NCBI GenBank assembly: GCA_947589045.1
Contig: CANQBQ010000002.1
Location: 76,915 to 140,914, forward strand
Reading direction: 5' to 3'
Length of the DNA stretch: 64,000 nt
Origin: an uncultured Clostridia bacterium
GTDB lineage: Bacteria; Bacillota; Clostridia; Monoglobales; Monoglobaceae
Below the pieces are notes generated by a model. The model made no database searches, was not told where the DNA came from, and saw only the letters and a program-made list of their open reading frames with translations. This document shows, one piece after another, positions 18,661 through 26,630 of this stretch. The position numbers and the translations under genes are program-made. Position 1 is the first letter of the stretch. Each line of letters starts with the position of its first letter.

Positions 18661-21600
18661 TTACGCCTTCTTTTGCTTTTTGATTATTATAATCGCCGCC
18701 GCAATCAAAATTACGGCAATTAACGCTGTGATAATTATGACGAGCGGGTTGGATATGCGCTTCCCTGTTTCGTATATTTTAAAGCTGTTTTCTGACATTT
18801 CAAATTCAAGATAGCTTCCGACTTTTTCGGTTTTTACCTTTTGGATATTTCCGCCGCACTCAACATATATATCCGCCTTGTCCGCGCCGAGCTTCGGCAG
18901 GTAACGAACCTTATAATTGACGGGTGAGCTCCTTTTGACGGTATCGTCAATATCCACGAGATATGCGTCCTCCGCATTTTGAGCCGAGCCGTCGCTCTCC
19001 TCGGCTTTCACCGAGGAGAGGTCGTCGAAAGAACCGCAAACCATAACCACTGGGCGTTCGTTCTCACGCTTTTGCTCAGACTCTATTATCTCGACCGCGC
19101 GGTAGTAAACCGCTTCGATTACCGCGTCAAAGGTCGGGCTGTCAAAATCGTAATCGCTCCAGCGACCGTAATATCCGTCTTTTTCTGGAACGACGGGAGT
19201 CATATCGTCCGAAATGCTCTCGCCGTACTCAAACGGTACTGTACCCACGGTCTCGCCGTCGGCGGTAAACGTCAGGTTAAATGTTAAGTTCTTGTTGAAG
19301 CTGTTTCTTAAAAAGTCGGCGGCATACTTAATTCCGCGTTCCTCGGCAATACCCTTATAGCTTATGCCGTCTATACCGCCCAAATCGGGGTTGACAAAGC
19401 CGCAGCCGCGTATGTTGTTGTCGGTGCTGTGACCTGCTACGGCGCCAGAAAATTCTTCGGACGCGGCGATATTTATAAGCGCAAAGCAGTTGCTTACCGT
19501 TTTGCCCTCGCCCGCTATACCTCCGACATAGTTCTTACCCGATATACTGCACTTGGAGAACGAGTTTCGGATTATTGAGTCGGACGCGCCCGCGATACCG
19601 CCGATATAGCTGCCCTCCTCGCTGACAATATCACCATAATCTTCACAGAAAATCAATGAGCCGAGATACATTCTTCCGACTATTCCGCCGCCGTAGTTTT
19701 TCTTGGCGTTTACAGTGCCGCTGTTTTCGCAGCGACGCACTACCGCCTTTGTTTTATATGTATAATTGAGCGTTTTTTCGCCCGAACGCGCAATATCGTC
19801 CTCGGGGTCGAAGTCGTACTCAATCGCCATAGAGCCGACTATTCCGCCCGAGTTTATGTCTCCGTATATACTGCCGCGATTTAAACAAAGCTCGGTTCTT
19901 CCGCGCGTGTCTCCGCTTGTGTCGCTGTCCGACACGTCCTCAATAATATCGTCGATGTCTCCTTTGTCGGCGGCATCGTCATATGCGTCGGACAACAGCT
20001 CGGTAAAGCTCAGCAGTTCGTTGTTGACGTCTCGTAAATCGTCGTTCAAACGGTCTTTTTTGTCTGTAATGGTGTTGTTTAGGGCTTTAAACTGCTCCTG
20101 CATAACGTCAACGGAGTCGAAGAAGCCGTCCAGACTGCTGCGGAAATCGTCGTCAATTTCGGGAACGGTTATGGAGCCGCCGCTCGTCGCCGTTTCCATA
20201 GCGTCAGATAGGGTGTCCGCTGCCCGCGACAAAAAGTCGGACGCGTCTCTTACCGAAGCAAGACCCTCTCTGAGCTTTTCTATTGCCTTTTTGCCGCTTT
20301 CGGTAGCGGCGTCGGTGTTTTCGGATATGCCGTCCAAGTCGTCGGCTATCTTTTTAAGGCTTGTAAACGCCGCGGATATATTCGCAAAAGCGCGCTTTAT
20401 ATAACTCATAGCGGGTCCTGCCGCAAACTCGTTGAACGTATCGGCAAGAACGGTAAGCTCATCTATTACGTCGCTGAGCTCCGCCTTTATATTCGCAATA
20501 TCCGTTTTGAATTTATTAAGGTCATCGGCGAGAGATGCGACGCTTGTATCCGCGTATCCCTCTTGAACAAATGAATTGAGCGTTTTTTCGACGGTGCCGA
20601 CTGCGCTTTCCATACCGCCGAACGCGTCGCGGATGTTGGTTACGTCGGTTATAAGCCCGTTTTTCAGACTGTTCTCGGCAGAGTGGGTGTTGTTCAGCGA
20701 TTTCTTCAAATCCTGAAGAGATGTCTTGAGGTTTGACACGCCGTTTTTCATATCGTTAAGGCTGTCCTCCATCTCGTCTGCCGCGCTTTCCAGCCTGCTT
20801 GATGCGTTGCTGAAATATCGAGCCGCATCCGAGGCGTTTTGAGAGGTTCCGTCCAAATCGTCAAAAATCACTTTCAATTCGTCAGCCGTATCTTCGAGAT
20901 AGCCGCACGCCTCGTGGAACGAGCCGAGCGCGTCTCCGAGCTTGTTGCTTCCGCTCGAAATGTCGTTCATAGCCGCGTCCGACTTGTCAAGCGCGGTATG
21001 GACTCTTCCCGACAAATCATTTGCCGCGTCGGTCAGCTTTTCGGTATAGCCGACCGCGCTGTCGGACATATTGTGCGCGTTTGTCGATATATCCGATATG
21101 GAATTTGTTATTGCGGTCAGAATATTTGAAACGGAATTGTCGGAGCGGTCGAGCGCGCCGTCTATAATTCCCTGTATGTCAAACAGAATATCGTCGAGCT
21201 GTTTTACGGTGCTGTCTCCGAACTCCATAATCACAAAAGGCTCCGCCTGCCCGCAAATTCCGCCTACATCCTTTCGGCCGTATATCTCGCCGTGGTTTTC
21301 GCAGGAGACGATATATCCCGCCTGTCTGCCCGCTATACCGCCCGTATTGTAGCCGAGGTGGTTGTAGCCCACGTTGCCCAAATTCGTGCAGGAGCGTATT
21401 TCTCCCTTGTTATATCCGACGATACCGCCCGTGTCGGTGTTTGCGTCTATGTTTTCGGTGCTTCGGAGCGGAGTGGAGGATATATCGTCTATGTTTATAT
21501 CCTCAAGCAAGCGTTCCTTGTCAACGTGGACGGTGTTTATGCTTCCGTTGTTTTCGCAAAGCTCGATATGACCGAAATTCTGTCCGGCAATTCCGCCCGT

Positions 21601-22155
21601 GTATGTTTCGCCCGTAACGCTTCCGTAAAAGTCACAGTCGTATATTTTTCCGCTCTCGGTGTTGTATCCAGCAATACCACCTATGTTTTCCTCGCCCTCG
21701 ACAGAGCCGGAGAATGTGCAGTTTAAAATTGTACCGCTGTTTTCGCCCACAATTCCGCCTATATATGTTTTTGTGCCGTCGGGATTTATGTTCCCCGACA
21801 CATTGATGCCCTCGACATAGCCGCTCGATTGAATATATCTGAACAGACCGAGGTATGAGCCTTTCTTTTCTATATTAAGCCCCGATATTTTATGACCGTT
21901 TCCGATAAAACGACCTCCGAATGTGGGTATCGAGTCAAAAGCGTTGCCCGACAGGTCTATGTCGGAGGCAAGCTCTACCGTCTTATCCAAAGACCACGAA
22001 TCGAGTCTGCATTCCTTCGCCAGTTCCATAAGGTCGTCGACTGTTTCAATGCGTATTGTGTCGTCCTCAATTTCGGGCAGTGCGGCAACGCTTTGAAGCG
22101 TAAGGGCAAACGACAAAGCAAAAGCTAAAATTATTGCTGCAATTTTATTCTTCAC
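18661..22155 (-). CDS. large cell-surface protein: signal peptide, GLUG-like repeat block, long helical heptad region, second GLUG-like block, Listeria/Bacteroides-type repeat, C-terminal TM anchor
   Basis: I place the start at GTG 22155 (AAAGGGGAG RBS 7 nt upstream), giving MKNKIAAIILAFALSFALTLQSVAALPE. Eleven GGI(A/V)G units are present. The C-terminus PLVIIITALIAVILIAAAIIIIKKQKKA is a membrane anchor. The track start at 22194 would overlap the upstream gene by 50 nt. Confidence 0.85.
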   Translation of the reverse strand: MKNKIAAIILAFALSFALTLQSVAALPEIEDDTIRIETVDDLMELAKECRLDSWSLDKTVELASDIDLSGNAFDSIPTFGGRFIGNGHKISGLNIEKKGSYLGLFRYIQSSGYVEGINVSGNINPDGTKTYIGGIVGENSGTILNCTFSGSVEGEENIGGIAGYNTESGKIYDCDFYGSVTGETYTGGIAGQNFGHIELCENNGSINTVHVDKERLLEDINIDDISSTPLRSTENIDANTDTGGIVGYNKGEIRSCTNLGNVGYNHLGYNTGGIAGRQAGYIVSCENHGEIYGRKDVGGICGQAEPFVIMEFGDSTVKQLDDILFDIQGIIDGALDRSDNSVSNILTAITNSISDISTNAHNMSDSAVGYTEKLTDAANDLSGRVHTALDKSDAAMNDISSGSNKLGDALGSFHEACGYLEDTADELKVIFDDLDGTSQNASDAARYFSNASSRLESAADEMEDSLNDMKNGVSNLKTSLQDLKKSLNNTHSAENSLKNGLITDVTNIRDAFGGMESAVGTVEKTLNSFVQEGYADTSVASLADDLNKFKTDIANIKAELSDVIDELTVLADTFNEFAAGPAMSYIKRAFANISAAFTSLKKIADDLDGISENTDAATESGKKAIEKLREGLASVRDASDFLSRAADTLSDAMETATSGGSITVPEIDDDFRSSLDGFFDSVDVMQEQFKALNNTITDKKDRLNDDLRDVNNELLSFTELLSDAYDDAADKGDIDDIIEDVSDSDTSGDTRGRTELCLNRGSIYGDINSGGIVGSMAIEYDFDPEDDIARSGEKTLNYTYKTKAVVRRCENSGTVNAKKNYGGGIVGRMYLGSLIFCEDYGDIVSEEGSYIGGIAGASDSIIRNSFSKCSISGKNYVGGIAGEGKTVSNCFALINIAASEEFSGAVAGHSTDNNIRGCGFVNPDLGGIDGISYKGIAEERGIKYAADFLRNSFNKNLTFNLTFTADGETVGTVPFEYGESISDDMTPVVPEKDGYYGRWSDYDFDSPTFDAVIEAVYYRAVEIIESEQKRENERPVVMVCGSFDDLSSVKAEESDGSAQNAEDAYLVDIDDTVKRSSPVNYKVRYLPKLGADKADIYVECGGNIQKVKTEKVGSYLEFEMSENSFKIYETGKRISNPLVIIITALIAVILIAAAIIIIKKQKKA

Positions 22156-24622
22156 TGTCAATCTCCCCTTTCGCCGTAAGCTCATTCGCGTCATCTTCCG
22201 AGCCTTCGCCCAGACTTTTTATATTATTTATGTCGATAGACGCTTTGACGTCGCCTTTTACAACGCCGTGTATGTCCGCGTCGATAAATCCGTTCACATA
22301 TCCGCGAACTCTGCCGTTTAACATAAACACGCCCGTTTCGGATTTGACCGACAGCGGCTTTTTGATTTTAAAGCCCGTCTTTTCGATAAGAGTGTCGCCG
22401 AGCAGGAGTATTTCGGGAAGCACGCACATAACAAGGAACATAGATATTACCGTTCCGCGTCCCAAACACTGACCGATTGAAACTATGGACGGCTCGGTAG
22501 ACAGTTTGCTTATCAAAAATCCCGCCGCGGCAAGAATACTTCCCGACGTCAGCACGGTCGGAAACGCGAAGCTTAGCGTCTCGGTCATAGCCTGCTTTGG
22601 CGACATTTCTTTTTTTAGTTCGAGATAGCGGTTTGAAATTACTATCGCGTAGTCGATATTTGCGCCCATCTGAATTGAACTCACAATCAAATAGCTGAGG
22701 AAGAACAGCGGCGTGTCGGTTATTGCAGGCGCGGAGAAGTTCATCCATATGCTTCCCTGGATTACCGCAATGAGAAGCAGAGGAAGTCCCGCACTCTTAA
22801 ATGTAAAGAGAAGCACTATTATTACGAACAAAATCGAAAATACGCTTATTATAATGTTATCCTTGGCAAACGATTTTGAAAGGTCGTAATCCGAGGTGGA
22901 ATTTCCGACAAAGTAACAGTTATCGTAATATTCCTCCGTGATTTCGTGGATTTTATCCACAAAAGCAAAGGTTTCCTCAGACTCCTCGGGCAAATTCATA
23001 TATATGAGTATTCGGGAATATGTATCGCCCTTTAATTGAAGCTGAGCCGCGTTTATCTTTTTATAAAGCTCGTCTATGTTATCCGACATCTCCTCGTCCA
23101 GATTTACATAGCCGTCCTGCTTTACGTCATAAAGAAACATAAACATATCTATGAGAGGAACTCCGTGCCCGTCAAAATTGTTGATGAGCGAGGCGTATTC
23201 CTCATTCTTTGTGTCGTACATCGCGTATATGACGTTGGAAAGGTCTATATCAATGTCGGCAAGCTCCGCAAACTGGCGCGGCGTGAGATTGTCGGTCAGG
23301 GTGTAATCGTCGTTCGCCTTTACGTTGGCAAGACCCGTTATGGATTTCACCTCGTCGCATTGTTCCAGACGGCTTATAAGCTGAGCTTCCTTCTCGTAGT
23401 CACCGGTGGGAACCAAAAGCGCGCCCATATTTTCGGAGCCGAAGGTTTCGTTTATCATACGCTTTGCTATTTGCGTTTCGTTTTCCCTCGACGTTTTGGA
23501 CGAGTTTGCACTGTAAACGAACGGGCAGCCCGAAGAAACTATGTATGAAATTATTATGACAGCCGCGAAAATCGGCGGAACCACATAGCGCAGTTTTGAA
23601 ACAATGCCTCCCAAAAAGGATATTTTGGGGATAAAGCTCTTGTGATGCGTTTTGTCTATGTATTTTCCGAACAGCATAAGCAGACCCGGCATAAGCGTAA
23701 ATACCGAGAGCAGACTGAACACTATGGATTTTATCAAAACTATGCCCATATCAAATCCAATCTGGAACTGCATCAGCATAAGAGCGGCAAGACCCGATAC
23801 CGTGGTGAGCGAGCTTGCGGAAATTTCAATAATCGCCTTGCTCAGTGCGTTTATGACCGCCTCGCGCTGCTCGTAAGTCTCTCTTTCCTCGCTATACCGG
23901 TGTATCATAATGATGGCATAGTCGATGGATAGGGCGAGCTGCAGCACGACTGTGACCGAATTTGAAACGAATGATATTTCGCCGAATATGAAGTTCGTTC
24001 CTTTATTCAATATTGCGGCGGCAATAAATGTAATGAGCATTACCGGCACTTCGGCATAGGTGCTCGAAGTGAAGAACAAAACGCCCACTATGATAAGCGC
24101 GGCGACTACCAGCACCGTATTCATTTCGGACTCAAGATCCTTGGAGTTGTCCTCAACACTTTTGGTGATATAGACGTCGTATCCGTTCAAAAGTTCTTCA
24201 ATAGCGTTGTAGCCCGCCTCGGTCATCTCGTCATCTTCCTCGCTGTTTAAGGTCACCTCAAACAACGCGGATGCGTCTTTGTAGTATTCTTCGGTATTGT
24301 CAAAGTCGACCATCTGTACCTGCGGCAGGGCTTCAAGGCGGTCGCATATATCCTCCGCCTCATCAAACGTAACATTTATCACCATAACCTTTGCCGTAGC
24401 ATATGTAACGAACTGTTCATCCATTATGTTCATACTCTGACGTGTTTCGGTGTCATCGGGGAGATATTCGGACAGATCGTTGCACACGCTTACCCAGCCG
24501 GACGAAAACAATGAAAAAACAAATGCCGCAATATACAGTAAGAAGAATATATTGCGCTTATCAACTATAAAACTTGCAATCTTCTGCATAAAAGATGAAT
24601 TGTTGTTTTTCTCTTTACTCAA
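22145..24622 (-). CDS. MMPL / RND-superfamily membrane transporter
   Basis: Two homologous halves each carry an ...IDYAI...RY... motif (LSIDYAIIMIHRYSEE and ANIDYAIVISNRYLE) and clusters of TM helices. Start is uncertain: TTG 24622 (weak AAGGG RBS) or ATG 24589. The track start TTG 24685 coincides with the predicted -35 box. Confidence 0.85.
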   Translation of the reverse strand: MSKEKNNNSSFMQKIASFIVDKRNIFFLLYIAAFVFSLFSSGWVSVCNDLSEYLPDDTETRQSMNIMDEQFVTYATAKVMVINVTFDEAEDICDRLEALPQVQMVDFDNTEEYYKDASALFEVTLNSEEDDEMTEAGYNAIEELLNGYDVYITKSVEDNSKDLESEMNTVLVVAALIIVGVLFFTSSTYAEVPVMLITFIAAAILNKGTNFIFGEISFVSNSVTVVLQLALSIDYAIIMIHRYSEERETYEQREAVINALSKAIIEISASSLTTVSGLAALMLMQFQIGFDMGIVLIKSIVFSLLSVFTLMPGLLMLFGKYIDKTHHKSFIPKISFLGGIVSKLRYVVPPIFAAVIIISYIVSSGCPFVYSANSSKTSRENETQIAKRMINETFGSENMGALLVPTGDYEKEAQLISRLEQCDEVKSITGLANVKANDDYTLTDNLTPRQFAELADIDIDLSNVIYAMYDTKNEEYASLINNFDGHGVPLIDMFMFLYDVKQDGYVNLDEEMSDNIDELYKKINAAQLQLKGDTYSRILIYMNLPEESEETFAFVDKIHEITEEYYDNCYFVGNSTSDYDLSKSFAKDNIIISVFSILFVIIVLLFTFKSAGLPLLLIAVIQGSIWMNFSAPAITDTPLFFLSYLIVSSIQMGANIDYAIVISNRYLELKKEMSPKQAMTETLSFAFPTVLTSGSILAAAGFLISKLSTEPSIVSIGQCLGRGTVISMFLVMCVLPEILLLGDTLIEKTGFKIKKPLSVKSETGVFMLNGRVRGYVNGFIDADIHGVVKGDVKASIDINNIKSLGEGSEDDANELTAKGEIDSEE

Positions 24623-24656
24623 AAAATCATCGCCCTTAATCTTGTTGATGTTTACT

Positions 24657-24685
24657 ATTATACTACGGCATTCCGAAAAAATCAA
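24657..24685 (-). promoter_or_regulatory. sigma-A-like promoter of the MMPL/GLUG operon
   Basis: On the minus strand: TTGATT (24685-24680), 17 nt, TATAAT (24662-24657). Confidence 0.5.
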
Positions 24686-24766
24686 TATTTTAAAAGGACT
24701 TGCAAAAATAATTTGCTGTCGGCATAAAATTCAAACATAAGTTATTTTTTGGAGGGAGAACCCCTG

Positions 24767-25450
24767 ATGTTTGAGTTTTTCGGCGTTATCGCACATTCTT
24801 TCTTACTTCTCATCGCTTACATATCAAATAATAACACATTTCCGAAGCCGCTTTCCGCGGCGGAGGAGCGGGAGTGCCTGGCAAGGATGAAGGACGGAGA
24901 CCCCGACGCCAGAAACAAGCTGATAGAGCATAATCTGCGCCTTGTCGCTCATATCGCAAAAAAGTATTCGACAAGCGTGCGCGACGGAGAGGAACTTATC
25001 TCGATAGGCACGATAGGTCTTATAAAGGGAATTTCGAGCTTTGACGCGTCCAAAGGCACACGACTCGCCACATATGCCGCGCGGTGCATAGAAAACGAAA
25101 TACTTATGCTGATAAGAAGTCAGAAAAAGATGCAGGGAGACGTTTCGCTCAATGAGTCGATAGGCACCGATAAAGAGGGAAACCATATTCTTTTGATAGA
25201 TATTATGAGCAACGACGAGGAAGAGGTCTTTAAAAGCATAGATTTCAAAATGAATGTCAAACGGCTTTATAAGATATTAAAGAGCGAGCTGGACGACAGG
25301 GAGCGGGATATAATAAAGTGGCGTTACGGCTTGGACGGCGGAGAGCCGAAAACTCAGCAGGAGATAGCTAAAATGTTGAACATATCCCGCTCGTATGTAT
25401 CAAGAATAGAAAAGCGGGCTATATTAAAGCTCCGCGAAGCGATAGAGTGA
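24767..25450 (+). CDS. sigK: RNA polymerase sporulation sigma factor K (pro-sigma-K), uninterrupted
   Basis: MFEFFGVIAHSFLLLIAYISNNNTFPKPLSAAEERECL...LIEHNLRLVAHIAKKY...LISIGTIGLIKGI...LATYAARCIENEILM matches the SigK pro-sequence and regions 2-4. GGAGGGAG lies upstream of ATG 24767. Confidence 0.9.
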   Translation: MFEFFGVIAHSFLLLIAYISNNNTFPKPLSAAEERECLARMKDGDPDARNKLIEHNLRLVAHIAKKYSTSVRDGEELISIGTIGLIKGISSFDASKGTRLATYAARCIENEILMLIRSQKKMQGDVSLNESIGTDKEGNHILLIDIMSNDEEEVFKSIDFKMNVKRLYKILKSELDDRERDIIKWRYGLDGGEPKTQQEIAKMLNISRSYVSRIEKRAILKLREAIE

Positions 25451-25520
25451 CTTTATACTTTACATTTTAGGCGCATTTTGGTATTATTATGTCATAAAAA
25501 CCCATAAAGAGGTATGCGCT

Positions 25521-26321
25521 ATGAGAAATGAAGTAATAAGTCTTGAAGGAGATAATTCGGGCGGTTTTGTACCGAGCGTTACGACATATATAATCGACAA
25601 TCCGCTTTCGGAAAGGCTGATGCGTCCCGCGGTGCTGGTTATTCCGGGCGGCGGTTACCGCAAACGCTCCGCCCGTGAGGCTGAGCCTGTCGCGTTGCAA
25701 TTCAACGCGGCGGGCTTTAGCGCGTTTGTGCTGAATTACAGCGTCGCGCCACTTGCGTCGTATGACAGACCGCTAAAGGACGCGTCAAACGCTATGCGGG
25801 TAATTCGCGAAAATGCCGAAGATTTCGGCATAGACAAAAACAAAATAGCGGTATGCGGCTTTTCGGCGGGAGCGCATCTTGCCGCGACGCTCTGCATATA
25901 CGGCGACCCCGCCGATGTGCCAAACGCCGCAATACTCTCGTACCCCGTCGTAACATCGGGAGAGTTTGCCCACAAAGGCTCGTTTGAGCGTCTGTTGGGA
26001 GACGATATGTGCGACGGGCTTTTGGACAGGTTTTCAATCGAAAAGCACATAACGCCGAGCTTCCCGCCCACGTTTTTGTGGCACACGTTTGAGGACGGGT
26101 CGGTGCCGGTTGAAAATTCGCTTTTACTGATGTCCGCGCTCAGGAAAAACAATGTTAAATTTGAGGCGCATATCTACCCAAGCGGTGGTCACGGGCTTTC
26201 GCTTGCGCGCCGCGACGTTTCAAGAAACGAGGACGGAATTGATTTGCATGTTTCGTCGTGGATGAGCCTTTGCGTCGACTGGCTTCGTGAGACATTCGGT
26301 ATTTCGGCTTTCGGCTGTTGA
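25521..26321 (+). CDS. alpha/beta hydrolase (esterase/lipase-type)
   Basis: 266 aa with VLVIPGGGY oxyanion region, GFSAGAH nucleophile elbow and a C-terminal GGHG motif. AAGAGG RBS. Confidence 0.85.
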   Translation: MRNEVISLEGDNSGGFVPSVTTYIIDNPLSERLMRPAVLVIPGGGYRKRSAREAEPVALQFNAAGFSAFVLNYSVAPLASYDRPLKDASNAMRVIRENAEDFGIDKNKIAVCGFSAGAHLAATLCIYGDPADVPNAAILSYPVVTSGEFAHKGSFERLLGDDMCDGLLDRFSIEKHITPSFPPTFLWHTFEDGSVPVENSLLLMSALRKNNVKFEAHIYPSGGHGLSLARRDVSRNEDGIDLHVSSWMSLCVDWLRETFGISAFGC

Positions 26322-26336
26322 TTTTTTAAAAATTGA

Positions 26337-26366
26337 TTGACAAACATTGAATTTAAGGTATATAAT
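26337..26366 (+). promoter_or_regulatory. sigma-A promoter of mgtE
   Basis: TTGACA (26337-26342), 18 nt, TATAAT (26361-26366). Confidence 0.65.
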
Positions 26367-26372
26367 TTTATC

Positions 26373-26630
26373 AGTGTTTTTAATTCGCTTAAAGGACGGT
26401 GAGGAAAGAATGGACGGCAGTAGTTATGAAGGGTGTCGAACGGAAAAAGATATATGCCCGAAACGCGCTCACGAGTGCGGCTGTGTTTGTTCTTTACGCA
26501 CCGCGCGGTTTTGATTTTGTGTTTTAATATATCTTTTCTTAAACAATCCCCCCCCATATTTCTGCTCGGCGGCATAGTGTATGCTGTGTGTTTATGTGCA
26601 AAATATTTGTAGTTTGTAGGAGGAAAAGAT
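26373..26630 (+). promoter_or_regulatory. long (~255 nt) mgtE 5' leader with a terminator-like element; riboswitch/attenuator class unresolved
   Basis: The GC-richer segment 26398-26510 ends in the nested helices AAACGCGC (26461-26468) / GCGCGGTTT (26503-26511) and GTGCG/CGCAC, followed by the T-rich tail TTTTGATTTTGTGTTTT. There are partial string matches to M-box conserved blocks, but the spacing is far too short for a canonical M-box. Confidence 0.4.

Noticed and set aside
24623-24685. Track start (TTG 24685) of the MMPL gene
   Set aside because: That TTG is the first three bases of the predicted -35 hexamer TTGATT, and the -10 lies inside the putative first codons. The encoded MIFSECRSIIVNINKIKGDDF has no counterpart in MMPL proteins. 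The start was moved to 24622 (or 24589).
24690-24766. Sigma-E/sigma-K type promoter for sigK (CATAAAAT at ~24723-24730)
   Set aside because: The -10-like string is present, but no properly spaced -35 element (AC or ATA-type) could be aligned. It is not called.
26385-26475. Canonical M-box (ykoK) Mg2+ riboswitch upstream of mgtE
   Set aside because: Only short blocks (GGUGAGG, GGGUGUCGAAC, GCCCGAAACG..CUCACGA) resemble the consensus. They are compressed into ~90 nt, and the intervening helices that make up the ~160-nt M-box are missing. I kept it as an unresolved leader rather than calling an M-box.
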